38,740 nt of DNA, from the IMG/VR virus record IMGVR_UViG_3300048574_000107, positions 1 to 38,740 of that record; one strand, given 5' to 3'. This DNA comes from a virus. Taxonomy: Duplodnaviria > Caudoviricetes. The position numbers were made by a program, and so were the translations under genes. This document shows, in pieces, positions 7,653 to 16,531 of the stretch. Numbering within the stretch: the first letter of the stretch is position 1; each line of letters starts with the position of its first letter. Below the pieces are notes generated by a model that made no database searches, was not told the origin of the DNA, and saw only the letters and a list, made by a program, of their open reading frames with translations.

Positions 7653-7856
7653 TTATGCACTCCTTCGATGCGCTTCCGCCTGCACTATCAGAAACCCGCC
7701 CTCTCTTGCTGCTTCCATTTCTTCTTCGTCATCAGGATTTGGATTGTACTTTCCTACTCGAATGCCTTGCAGCCTGAGTTCACGTAGAGCGAGGCCGTAG
7801 CACTTCGTTCCGTTATCAGTGGCGTCGTAGCCGTCGTTATCGTTTGTGGCTGTCAT
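7653..7856 (-). CDS. Hypothetical phage protein
   Basis: 67-aa coupled ORF. Confidence 0.55.
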   Translation of the reverse strand: MTATNDNDGYDATDNGTKCYGLALRELRLQGIRVGKYNPNPDDEEEMEAAREGGFLIVQAEAHRRSA

Positions 7857-8074
7857 TCCCCCTCCGTCCGATCCATGAATTTGAATAATTCGTATTCCGC
7901 GTTGCGCATCAGAAAAATCGTCATGTCTATCGCTTCAGAGCCGCTGAAGTAGAATGACCCGTCGGGCCGCCATCCAATCACGACGACCTTCTTTAATTCC
8001 TCTGCGCGGGCTCCTTCCAAAACAGCATCTGGGTGCGTCTGAACCCCGCTCCCGAGTGCGATAACGTCTCCCAT
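7853..8074 (-). CDS. Hypothetical phage protein
   Basis: 73 aa; LKKVVVIGWRPDGSFYFSGS. Confidence 0.65.
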   Translation of the reverse strand: MGDVIALGSGVQTHPDAVLEGARAEELKKVVVIGWRPDGSFYFSGSEAIDMTIFLMRNAEYELFKFMDRTEGE

Positions 8075-8566
8075 CTAAAACACCGCCCCTCGTCTCAACT
8101 CTCGCACGCGTCTTTGCTTTGATGCTTCGTGATTCTCACTCAGGAACTTTCTAAGCTCTGCGTCATTCCACGTTGCTATTCCGAAGTCTTTCGCGAGTGC
8201 GCGGACTGATGCTTCGAGCCTGCGGATGTTGAGTTCCGGCCCTAGGTCGTACCAACTCAACCTCATGGAAACGGCTGTTTGGTCCATCTCTCCGTCAATC
8301 AGATTGGACAGCATCTTTGCTTTGCCTGGAGATGCGCACCACACGCGGAACAGAAGCCCTGACCATGCTGCATAGGATGCAGAATTGATCGGAGGCGTTA
8401 CGGCATCGTTCCAACTCGACATGATTCCAAACCTGACCGGACGGCATCCTCGGTTATCTCCAAGACGTTTTGATACCACCTCATCAGGCCCTGCCGCATA
8501 GACGGCGCAGTATTGGCCTTTGCGGAGTTCTGCTTTGAGATATTCAGGGAGGGATTGGACCTTCAC
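8075..8566 (-). CDS. Hypothetical phage protein
   Basis: 163-aa coupled ORF. Confidence 0.65.
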   Translation of the reverse strand: MKVQSLPEYLKAELRKGQYCAVYAAGPDEVVSKRLGDNRGCRPVRFGIMSSWNDAVTPPINSASYAAWSGLLFRVWCASPGKAKMLSNLIDGEMDQTAVSMRLSWYDLGPELNIRRLEASVRALAKDFGIATWNDAELRKFLSENHEASKQRRVRELRRGAVF

Positions 8567-8754
8567 TGCCGATGAACCCTCGTTGCGCCAAGCTGTGACT
8601 GCAATCCTCGCTCAAGCTGGTGCTTTTTCTTTTTTGCGGCTTTCAATTTTTCAAAGGGACCGAAGGTCTTGCACCAGTCGCCATCCGTCAGAATGACAAG
8701 ATGTCCCCTTTCTGGGATCGTCCAAAGCTCTACGCGAAGAAATGTTCCGATCAC
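8563..8754 (-). CDS. Hypothetical phage protein
   Basis: 63 aa, GTGA overlaps. Confidence 0.55.
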   Translation of the reverse strand: MIGTFLRVELWTIPERGHLVILTDGDWCKTFGPFEKLKAAKKKKHQLERGLQSQLGATRVHRQ

Positions 8755-9578
8755 GTTATTGCCCTCCGATAAAGTTCGTCCTTCGCCGCTTCATACCGTC
8801 TCGTAATCGCTGCAACTGTTGTACTGAGAGTGTCTGCGAGTTCGTAGAATGATGGTGGCGGGTTCTGTGCCTGGCTCTCGATCAACCCAGCGTCGACAAA
8901 GGGGCGCCAATCAATCCAGCGTCCGAGTTCCCATTCCGACACGTCACGCGGAGTGGGGTCAAACGCGACGCGCCGCGCTTCGAGGCCAGATCGATCGATG
9001 AAGAAATCATCGTAATCTCCACGCTGAAAATGCGCGAGCTGGCCGCTCTTCGATGTTTCGAGGTATTTGGCGACGAGTTGCGACGCGACGATCAATGGCT
9101 TCGGCCAGAGGCACGGTGCCGCGACGGTCTCCCGCGTCATATGACGATGTGTTCTCACTGCCCGGAGATACCGCGCCTCTGCTTCATCCGCGCATTCCGG
9201 TTTTTCATTTGGACGCCCCAAACGTATATGGGCATGAGGCCACAGCGCTCCATTTCCAAGATGGATCGGAGAGATGGGTTCGGAAATTTTCGGGCTCGGA
9301 CGAACCTGCTCAACCGTAAGCGCAGCAGGTTCTGGCAATTCATATGGCCAGTCCGAGAATGGTCGCCACAGTGATGGCGTGGCATGCTTCGGCAAATCCT
9401 CCGTATGCCTCAGGCTGACGTATCTCCGGTATTTCCGCTTTCCTGCTCCGGTAAAACGCACACGGCCTTTGACTTCACGATCATAAACCGTCAGCCAAAG
9501 GTCTTCCGTGTCGTAATACAGGTCTTCAATCGGATAGCGGGGTATCTGATCGTCAAGCCTGAGCGGGATTTCAAACAT
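8751..9578 (-). CDS. Putative transcriptional regulator with C-terminal sigma-4-like HTH (candidate late antiterminator)
   Basis: C-terminus PTPRDVSEWELGRWIDW...SFYELADTLSTTVAAITRRYEAAKDEL; lies near the end of the nin-like operon. Confidence 0.5.
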   Translation of the reverse strand: MFEIPLRLDDQIPRYPIEDLYYDTEDLWLTVYDREVKGRVRFTGAGKRKYRRYVSLRHTEDLPKHATPSLWRPFSDWPYELPEPAALTVEQVRPSPKISEPISPIHLGNGALWPHAHIRLGRPNEKPECADEAEARYLRAVRTHRHMTRETVAAPCLWPKPLIVASQLVAKYLETSKSGQLAHFQRGDYDDFFIDRSGLEARRVAFDPTPRDVSEWELGRWIDWRPFVDAGLIESQAQNPPPSFYELADTLSTTVAAITRRYEAAKDELYRRAIT

Positions 9579-9587
9579 TCAGTTTGC

Positions 9588-9932
9588 CTAGTTGAAGGAG
9601 TCGTTCACGACACGCTTGATGTCGTCAGGACGATGCGCAAAGCGGTTCGCGACTTGCGCTGTCTCGTGATCCAGCGGCGGAAGCGGCGGCGATGCGTAGG
9701 CGCGATGCGAAACCAGCGCTCGCAATTCCTCCAATTGATCGATAGTGTTTTCTTCCCGCTTCCGGGCTCTATCGATAATCGTCTCAATCAGGTCGCTGAT
9801 GTGCAGGTCTTCCTGCACAAGCTTCTGATCCAGTCTCACAAGCTTATCGTTCAGGACTTCCCGCTTCTCTCGCGAGGCTTGCTCGATCGCTTGCATCAGG
9901 GATTCGATGAATTTGGTTTCGTCGTCGGTCAC
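9588..9932 (-). CDS. Coiled-coil hypothetical protein
   Basis: 114 aa, helical composition. Confidence 0.6.
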   Translation of the reverse strand: MTDDETKFIESLMQAIEQASREKREVLNDKLVRLDQKLVQEDLHISDLIETIIDRARKREENTIDQLEELRALVSHRAYASPPLPPLDHETAQVANRFAHRPDDIKRVVNDSFN

Positions 9933-10159
9933 TGTTCATTTTCCTTTTTTCTTACGACAAGGCCATTGTCCGAGAGGTAATCCCGAAGGGCTTCCGCCCG
10001 CGGGATGAACCAATGCCAGCGGGGTTTGCCTGCTAGTTCATGTGGCGGCGTCCAATGTGAGTCCGGCTCATCAGGATCGCTGCATCCTCTATTTGGGTCG
10101 CAAACGAGCCATGCCTTCGCAAGAATCTCGGTAATTCTATCGTCAGTTCCAGTTGTCAC
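9929..10159 (-). CDS. Hypothetical phage protein
   Basis: 76-aa coupled ORF. Confidence 0.5.
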   Translation of the reverse strand: MTTGTDDRITEILAKAWLVCDPNRGCSDPDEPDSHWTPPHELAGKPRWHWFIPRAEALRDYLSDNGLVVRKKENEQ

Positions 10160-10286
10160 TGTGTTTCCGCTTTCTGTTTCTCAACCTTCTCCACCCGTCT
10201 TCGGGAGTAGAAGGAATCCTCCTGAAGTTGAATCCGACCTCCTGTTGATCTCTTGATGTTGTAAGATCGAATGCGGAGGGGCGTTC

Positions 10287-10862
10287 TCATGCCGCGCGGT
10301 CCTTGCTCTGAACGACACGTTCAGGATGAATTGCACCTGCTATCCTGAGAAACATGTCTTCACTCCGCTTGCAGGAGTTCCGGAACCAAACGTCGTATTC
10401 CGATGGACTGCCGTGATAGGATGGCTCACGAGCCTCAATTTCGATCGCTGGCGGCGTTCTTTGTGTTTTGGCTATGTGGCCTAGGGGCGATGCGTTTCTT
10501 GCCGCCAGCGCCGCTGCTGGACGCCATTCCGCGATCAAGTTACGAGCACGGTCGATACGTTCCGCAAACTCTCGGCTAGCTCCGATGAACTGTGCTGCGC
10601 GCTCCTTCCCGTTAATTGCTGATGTGCGGTCCTTGTTCAGAACGTCTGCAAGCTCTCCATCACTCAGCGTTGGGCGAAGTTCATGGAGCAAGTGCCAGAC
10701 TGCAAATCGGGCATAGGTCAAACGTCGCTGCCGTGAATCGGACCGAAGCTCTTTGAGGGTTGTTTCAAACACCTCTGCCGTGATCTTGGCGATGATGGTG
10801 CGGGGGATGTGGGAGTGCATTATTGTGCGACCTCTTGGTTGTTCTTTTTCGACATCAACCAT
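10287..10862 (-). CDS. DnaA domain IV-like (Bac_DnaA_C) HTH protein
   Basis: IIAKITAEVFETTLKELRSDSRQRRLTYARFAVWHLLHEL...LSDGELADVLNKDRTSAING. Alternative start at 10820. Confidence 0.75.
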   Translation of the reverse strand: MVDVEKEQPRGRTIMHSHIPRTIIAKITAEVFETTLKELRSDSRQRRLTYARFAVWHLLHELRPTLSDGELADVLNKDRTSAINGKERAAQFIGASREFAERIDRARNLIAEWRPAAALAARNASPLGHIAKTQRTPPAIEIEAREPSYHGSPSEYDVWFRNSCKRSEDMFLRIAGAIHPERVVQSKDRAA

Positions 10863-12004
10863 CAGTGTTTCTCCCTCGAAATTCCCTTTTCGGTGTAGCG
10901 CTCGGTAAGCCGTAGCTCGGTGATCAAGTGTTTGGGCACGACACAGCGCGGATTACCCGGAGCCGGGCCAAGACGGTCCGGCGGCCAAATCCCATTCGCG
11001 TATTTCGCGATTGATCCACGCCATTGCGCATCCGTGATTGCGGCGACTTTTGCCGAATCTTTCCACCACGGTTCGGCAGCGACTGCAGGCTCATCTAGGT
11101 AACCGTCGAAGCGACGCCATTTCAGGTAACGCTCGGCGTGAACGCAAGGCGTGTCCGGCTTTGATCTCAGGTACGCCGCAAATTGCGACAAAGATCTATT
11201 GGCGTTGTCGCGATCCTCTGGCGAGAGTTTGCGCCACTGCTCGAAGGCGTTCGGCTTCGAGTTGTTCCGGCGGTCAGGATACGCCTTCCAAAACACCTCG
11301 AATGCCTCGGTGTACGAGGGGGCGCTGTTCTTTCGCTTCGGCTTGTCTGCCATCTGATCAGAGGGCAGGAGCGGGGGTAAGTCCGAACCTTCGTTCGGAC
11401 CATATTCTTTCTTTTCCTTCGTAAGTTCCTTAGTAAGTTCCTGTTGCCCTGCGGGCGGGGCAGTTCCGTGCCCTGTATCCGGGGCAGTTTGTTGCCCTGC
11501 GGGCGGGGCATACCCCGCCCGCAGGGCACTTTTTTGCCCCGTATTCGGGGTAGTTTTTCCAGAAGTGCCCTGCGGGCGGGGCAGTTTTTTGTGCCCTGCG
11601 GGCGGGGCAGCCCGCATACTCATAATGGCATCTGCGATGGCGAGTTGTAAGGCCTCGCGATCAAAGCGAGCGAGTGGAACTGTGTACTGAATAAGCGGCC
11701 TGCCACCCAGTAACGGGCGTCGCTCCCAATCGACGTATCCCATGCGCTTGAGCTCGTAGAGAGCGTTCATGACGGTCTTCACCGACATGAACAGCCTTTC
11801 AGCGATCGTCTCACGGGACGGCCACGCAGTTCCCGTTTCCGAATTCATGCTCTCCAGAAGGACGGCAAGGACGGAACGCTCCTTGTGATCAAGCCTTCTA
11901 TCTCGAAGCGCGTCACATGCCCTCTGGAAGCATATGACAAGCGCGCCCTCCCGAAGGACTGCGGCAACGTCATCATCAAACGTGGCAGTGTCGTTGGAAT
12001 TCAT
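10862..12004 (-). CDS. Phage replication initiator (O-like, winged HTH)
   Basis: TAWPSRETIAERLFMSVKTVMNALYELKRMGYV; internal iterons; FEVFWKAYP...AFEQWRKL C-terminal motif; near dnaB. Confidence 0.85.
   Translation of the reverse strand: MNSNDTATFDDDVAAVLREGALVICFQRACDALRDRRLDHKERSVLAVLLESMNSETGTAWPSRETIAERLFMSVKTVMNALYELKRMGYVDWERRPLLGGRPLIQYTVPLARFDREALQLAIADAIMSMRAAPPAGHKKLPRPQGTSGKTTPNTGQKSALRAGYAPPAGQQTAPDTGHGTAPPAGQQELTKELTKEKKEYGPNEGSDLPPLLPSDQMADKPKRKNSAPSYTEAFEVFWKAYPDRRNNSKPNAFEQWRKLSPEDRDNANRSLSQFAAYLRSKPDTPCVHAERYLKWRRFDGYLDEPAVAAEPWWKDSAKVAAITDAQWRGSIAKYANGIWPPDRLGPAPGNPRCVVPKHLITELRLTERYTEKGISREKH
11421..11609. repeat. Replication origin: seven 18-bp iterons plus an A/T-rich tandem repeat
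   Basis: TGCCCTGCGGGCGGGGCA at 11445, 11493, 11566 and 11592; inverted copy at 11511; variants at 11469 and 11535; GTAAGTTCCT twice at 11421 and 11433. Confidence 0.9.
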
Positions 12005-12477
12005 GATCCTTTTCTCCAGGTCATGAACTCGTCCTCAGTCATCGTGCTCTTGAGACTATTGCAGTCGGGACAGGAAGCTCTGTAGTTCTCAAGGGCGTTC
12101 TTTCCGCCCCGAGCGACGGGAACGGCATGGTCGATATGAAATCCCTTAGCGAGCTTGCTGCCGCAGTAGTGACAAAGACCATTCGATTTTCTAGCGACAT
12201 GTTCCCTGTCGCGTTTCTCAATCGTGGCACGCCGTTTAACCAGGCTCCGAGCTATCTCCAACAGTTCTGGAAGTTTTATGCGCCGCGACACGGCCGGATG
12301 ACGAATGCCGAGAACCCTCTTCGCGCTTGTTTCGTCCAGGTCGCTTTGCTGCGACCACATTTGGAAAACGAGCAAGATGAGCGCACCGTTCTGCTCAAGG
12401 GTCGCCGGTTCGCCAGCAACGGAACGTGGCCAATCGCGATAGTGAATAGGGATTGCAGTGGGATTTGGCGCTCTCAT
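12001..12477 (-). CDS. HNH endonuclease with YdaU/DUF1376-like N-terminus
   Basis: IPIHYRDW...EQNGALILLVFQMW followed by CHYCG...FHIDHAVPVARGGKNALENYRASCPDCNSLK. Confidence 0.8.
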   Translation of the reverse strand: MRAPNPTAIPIHYRDWPRSVAGEPATLEQNGALILLVFQMWSQQSDLDETSAKRVLGIRHPAVSRRIKLPELLEIARSLVKRRATIEKRDREHVARKSNGLCHYCGSKLAKGFHIDHAVPVARGGKNALENYRASCPDCNSLKSTMTEDEFMTWRKGS

Positions 12478-13910
12478 GCTGCTGCCCCGTGCGCCAAGTC
12501 TGCGAAGCGCGTTCGAGGCCCGTCGAAGGCCATAAAGACGGTGCCGACAGAGCCGTGACGCTGCTTGCCGATGATGACCTCAGCCTTTCCCGAGGCCTTG
12601 GACATCTTCGTGAGCCATTCCCCGAACTTCGGGTCGGCCTCATCGGGCATCGTCCGCTCGATGTAGTACTCGTCTCGATAGACGAACATCACGACGTCAG
12701 CGTCCTGTTCGATTGATCCGGACTCACGAAGGTCAGAAAGCTGTGGGCGTTTGTTCTCGCGCTTCTCAAGATCACGGTTGAGCTGCGACAGCGCGATAAT
12801 TGGCACGTCAAGTTCTTTGGCGAGAGCCTTCAGCCCGACCGTGATCTCTGTGATGTCGTTGACACGGTTTCCGCCCTTCCCGGCCGTGCCCATGATCTGC
12901 AGATAGTCGACGATGACCAGCTTCGTGCGCTTCTTGCGCTTGATGCGGCGAGCCTTGGTAGCGATCGCTCCGATTGTGTTTGCGCCAGTCTCGTCGATCG
13001 TCATCGATAGGCCGGAAAGGCGTCTGGCCGCCTCTGTGACCTTACGAAAATCGGCCTCCTCGAACTCTCCCCGGCGCAAGCGTTCCGAGGCTATCTCAGA
13101 GTGCTCAGAAAGTTGCCGCTGCCCCAGTTCGAGGGCAGTCATCTCCTGGCTGAAAAAGTGAACGTGATCGCCGGTCTTTGCGACGTTGCCGGCGATGTTC
13201 AAAGCGAGCGCCGTCTTGCCCATCGAAGGACGGCCGGCAAGGATGATCAGGTTTCCATTTGCAAGGCCACCGAGCTTGGCGTCCAGATCATAAAATCCCG
13301 TCTTTACGCCGTCGTTCTCACCATGCGTCTGATAAGCTTTGTTTGCGGCATCCACGGCCATCTGAATGACGTCGGCATATGAGAACTCTTTACCGTTGCT
13401 GGATTTGTTCGAGGCCTGATAGAGCCTCTTTTCAGCTTCCTCGATGATCTCGGCGGGCGTTGCCGTGTCGGTCGGATCGAAGGCTCGTGCTGCCAAATCC
13501 TCCGCGAGCAATATGATCTGCCGGCGCTGATAACTCTCGATGATGGTTCGGGCGTACTCGCGCACATTGACCAGCGTTGTAGCGCTCGCCATTAGGCGCC
13601 CAAGGTATTGCGCGCCATTCATTGTCTCGGAAATTTTGTAAGGACGAAATCGCTCGGCAAGAGTCGTCGCCGTGAATGATCGGCCAGCGAGAAGCATTTC
13701 AGACATAGCGTCGAATATGCGTCCGTGAATTTCGTCAAAGAAATGCGTTGCCGCCAAATCCGGGACATACTCTGCCGCCTGATTGTTGATCAGAAGCGCA
13801 CCCAGAAGCGCCTGCTCGGCTTCGAGATTGTAGGGCGCACGCGGTTCGTTTCCGTGTGGATAGAGCGGGGATAACCCGTTGCCGCGTTCGGCGGCCTGTA
13901 GTATAGACAT
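12474..13910 (-). CDS. dnaB: Replicative DNA helicase
   Basis: PYNLEAEQALLGALL, LAGRPSMGKTA, IVDYLQ, LSQLNR, DLRESGSIEQDAD, KQRHG. Confidence 0.98.
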   Translation of the reverse strand: MSILQAAERGNGLSPLYPHGNEPRAPYNLEAEQALLGALLINNQAAEYVPDLAATHFFDEIHGRIFDAMSEMLLAGRSFTATTLAERFRPYKISETMNGAQYLGRLMASATTLVNVREYARTIIESYQRRQIILLAEDLAARAFDPTDTATPAEIIEEAEKRLYQASNKSSNGKEFSYADVIQMAVDAANKAYQTHGENDGVKTGFYDLDAKLGGLANGNLIILAGRPSMGKTALALNIAGNVAKTGDHVHFFSQEMTALELGQRQLSEHSEIASERLRRGEFEEADFRKVTEAARRLSGLSMTIDETGANTIGAIATKARRIKRKKRTKLVIVDYLQIMGTAGKGGNRVNDITEITVGLKALAKELDVPIIALSQLNRDLEKRENKRPQLSDLRESGSIEQDADVVMFVYRDEYYIERTMPDEADPKFGEWLTKMSKASGKAEVIIGKQRHGSVGTVFMAFDGPRTRFADLAHGAAA

Positions 13911-14033
13911 TCCCGCTTCTCCTATCGATCGTCCGGCTGAATCGGACCTTCATCACAACGCTCTGGACCTGGCAGTCTTCGAGCACTCAATTCGAAAGCC
14001 TCTGAGCCTGGCAGCTCGGGGGCTTTCCTGCTT

Positions 14034-14225
14034 CTAGCCTTCCTTTGCTTTGGCCATGCCGAACCGCTCCCAACGCGCGCATGCGAAATCATCCGGAAAT
14101 GAAATTTTCTGCGCGTAGAATTTCGACTTGATCCGCTGGCACCGACCGAGCTGGCTGAGATACGCGCAGCCCGCGCAAGACATCGAGATTTTTGGCTCAG
14201 GAACGCCGTCAACTAGGATCTGCAT
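14034..14225 (-). CDS. Small Cys-rich hypothetical protein
   Basis: CAGCAY...GRC...FACARWE. Confidence 0.5.
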   Translation of the reverse strand: MQILVDGVPEPKISMSCAGCAYLSQLGRCQRIKSKFYAQKISFPDDFACARWERFGMAKAKEG

Positions 14226-14404
14226 GACAGCCTCCGAGCGATAATCTTGCGCCGTTCAAGGCCCGTCAGGAGCCGCGTAAACACGGGCGAAAAGCTTATG
14301 AAACAGCCATAGTGATGAGCGGCGATTTTGGCTCTGGCGACGGCCTGAAGACGGTCGATCTCGCTGCCTTCGCGCCGTGAAACAGTGCTTTTGATGATCT
14401 TCAT
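14213..14404 (-). CDS. Hypothetical phage protein
   Basis: 63-aa coupled ORF. Confidence 0.45.
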   Translation of the reverse strand: MKIIKSTVSRREGSEIDRLQAVARAKIAAHHYGCFISFSPVFTRLLTGLERRKIIARRLSCRS

Positions 14405-14577
14405 GGCTCGCTCCGCTCCCGCAATCCGCCCCAGACCCGAAACATGGCGTAGGCGGAAAAACTCATGAAAAGGCAGGTCGGAAGCGGCGCACCCCGCATC
14501 GAATATTCAAGCGCAAGAAGCGCGTGACCGAGCATCATCGTGATGCGAAAATAGGGACTGGCAAATAGTCGGGTCAT
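14401..14577 (-). CDS. Small hydrophobic protein (58 aa)
   Basis: MTRLFASPYFRITMMLGHALLAL...; ATGA overlaps at both ends; not in the ORF track. Confidence 0.55.
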   Translation of the reverse strand: MTRLFASPYFRITMMLGHALLALEYSMRGAPLPTCLFMSFSAYAMFRVWGGLRERSEP

Positions 14578-15089
14578 GCTGCTGCAGCCCTCCGCGCACA
14601 GACCTTGCGGCTCTGCCTGAGGTCGAAGAACACAACGCGGTGCCGCTGCCCTTCCCTGTCCCGTTCGTCACTGACGAACTTGCGGCAGCCGTGCTTTACA
14701 AGAAGCTGGCTCAGCCGCTTCTTGCTGATCGGCGGCAGGAATGCATGGGTGTCACGGATGGCCTTGTAATCGCGCACCAGCGCGTCCAGAGGCATGGCGC
14801 AATCGAGCCCATATTCCAGCCATTCTTCAATAAAATAGGAGATGGCAGGCATTTCGGGAATGCGTGCCAAGGACGGGACATCAATGCCATTTGATGTGGC
14901 ATGTATGCCTGACATGTCTGCCAAAGGCTTGGTATTGATGGCAGACACCGATGCCCCTTGGCGCGTTGGGGATTCCGTCGTTGTCGGACGGTCAGCGCCA
15001 ATGGCAGGCATCGGCGTCATCTCGATCTCACGCGCCGGCAGAATTCCGACAAAGGCCAAAGCCGCGGTGATGAAGCCCGATTCAAGCAT
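14574..15089 (-). CDS. Hypothetical protein with winged-helix-like C-terminus
   Basis: FIEEWL...MPLDALVRDYK...ISKKRLSQLLVKHGCRK. Confidence 0.6.
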   Translation of the reverse strand: MLESGFITAALAFVGILPAREIEMTPMPAIGADRPTTTESPTRQGASVSAINTKPLADMSGIHATSNGIDVPSLARIPEMPAISYFIEEWLEYGLDCAMPLDALVRDYKAIRDTHAFLPPISKKRLSQLLVKHGCRKFVSDERDREGQRHRVVFFDLRQSRKVCARRAAAA

Positions 15090-15795
15090 CGATCTTCACC
15101 GGGGTTGTTTCACGGGAACAAAGTCGCTCACCTATGGAACGGCGCTCCGCCACGTTGTAGCGGATCTCAAGTCCCTTTTTTAGGGGCGGAACTGAGACAG
15201 CGTCCTCAATCGACCATCCGCGGCATAGACGCTCTCGTATTGTCGTGCATCCGACACCGGTTATCTCCGACCATTCCGCCAACAATCGTGTGGACCCGAA
15301 AGCAGTCAACCGAAGCGCGTTACGCTTGTTAAACGATTGGACTTTGTTATCCGCCCATCGACAATTCCCCGGTTGGTAATGGCCGTCGACGTCGATTCTA
15401 TCGAGTGTCATTCCCAAGGGGCGAACCCCCATATCTTCAATGAATGCGGACGGACTGTTCAGCCATCGATCGCATACGCGAATCCCACGGCCTCCCCAAT
15501 TTTTCCAATCGGCTGAGTGCGGATTGTAGCAACGGTTCACCATCGCCCACCAAGAATCAAATGTGGGCCTCCAAGACTTTGGGAAATTTGACGGAGTCCT
15601 CTTGCCATCCCCGAAGGCATAATCACGGCACAGGCCGCACGAATGAAACTCGTCTCGCATGAAAGATGCAGCTAATGGACTGGTAAATCGTCCACATTCG
15701 CAAACACATAACCATCGAACCCGCTTTCCGCGTATAGCAGAAATGGCTGTTAATTTTCCTCGCGTCTCTCCCGCCCGGTCAACGATCTTATGCAT
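15082..15795 (-). CDS. HNH-related homing endonuclease
   Basis: Start MHKIVD overlaps the gcrA stop; WLCVCECG, SWWAMVNRC, WGGRGIRVCDRW, TLDRIDVDGHYQPGNCRWA. Confidence 0.88.
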   Translation of the reverse strand: MHKIVDRAGETRGKLTAISAIRGKRVRWLCVCECGRFTSPLAASFMRDEFHSCGLCRDYAFGDGKRTPSNFPKSWRPTFDSWWAMVNRCYNPHSADWKNWGGRGIRVCDRWLNSPSAFIEDMGVRPLGMTLDRIDVDGHYQPGNCRWADNKVQSFNKRNALRLTAFGSTRLLAEWSEITGVGCTTIRERLCRGWSIEDAVSVPPLKKGLEIRYNVAERRSIGERLCSRETTPVKIDA

Positions 15796-16441
15796 TCTCC
15801 GCCTCCTTAGCAGGCACGGAGACACGGCCAAAAATCGAGTTCTGAGGAGTCGCGACACGAGAAATTCGGGTATGCGGCATGCAATACGGAGATCCCGGAA
15901 TACGCTCCAGCCCACAGAACCCAAAGCCGCTCTGCCTCGGATCACCGATCGGATATTTGCAATGATGCGCCTCTAATTCCGGGAATGTAACTCGGGCAAC
16001 ATCGTCAATTGTCGGAACCGGTATTGGGGCCTTCTCGAAGACCGGCTTTGATTTAACCTGTACTTTCCGGCGTTTATTCGGGGACGGTCGATTGGGTTTT
16101 CGCAATTCGGACTGCAGGGACTGGCGCATGCCATTCCGACAATTCCCTAACTGCATTCCCAGACGACTGATTTTGCCAATGACGGAATTACGGGAAACGC
16201 CAAGCTTTGCAGCAATGACGCTTCCAGAACACCCGGCCTTCGTAAGCGCTATGAGACGCTCTGTGCGCTCGAGTGTCCACGGGCTGTTGTTCGGACGAAC
16301 CAGGCCGAGCTTCCGAGCCCAAAGGCTCGCAGTATCCCGGCAGATGCCAAGCCGCTTTGCAGCCTCATCAATCGTCGGAGCTGTGGCCCAATGCTTTCGC
16401 AGGGCTTCAATCTCGTCATCCGATAGGATTCTCTCGTTCAT
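15788..16441 (-). CDS. gcrA: GcrA-family cell-cycle regulator with an extra N-terminal HTH
   Basis: WTLERTERL...GCSGSVIAAKLGVSRNSVIGKISRLG and LEAHHCKYPIGDP...FGFCG...GSPYCMPH. Confidence 0.92.
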   Translation of the reverse strand: MNERILSDDEIEALRKHWATAPTIDEAAKRLGICRDTASLWARKLGLVRPNNSPWTLERTERLIALTKAGCSGSVIAAKLGVSRNSVIGKISRLGMQLGNCRNGMRQSLQSELRKPNRPSPNKRRKVQVKSKPVFEKAPIPVPTIDDVARVTFPELEAHHCKYPIGDPRQSGFGFCGLERIPGSPYCMPHTRISRVATPQNSIFGRVSVPAKEAENA

Positions 16442-16460
16442 GGCATCCGCGTTTGGTCAG

Positions 16461-16520
16461 CAGAAAAACGGCGGCACGCGAACAAAGCCGCCCAGTTGCG
16501 AGGAAGCGCCCAAGTGGGCA
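16461..16520 (-). ncRNA. suhB/MmgR-like small RNA module ending in a terminator
   Basis: GCCCACTTGGGC hairpin, then GCTTCCTCGCAACT, then GGCGGC...GCCGCC-GTTTTTCTG. Confidence 0.45.
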
Positions 16521-16531
16521 ATGGCATCGAG

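Noticed and set aside
11445-11609. CRISPR or mini-array
   Set aside because: Repeats are 18 bp with 0-13 bp spacing inside an initiator ORF, which fits iterons; no cas genes.
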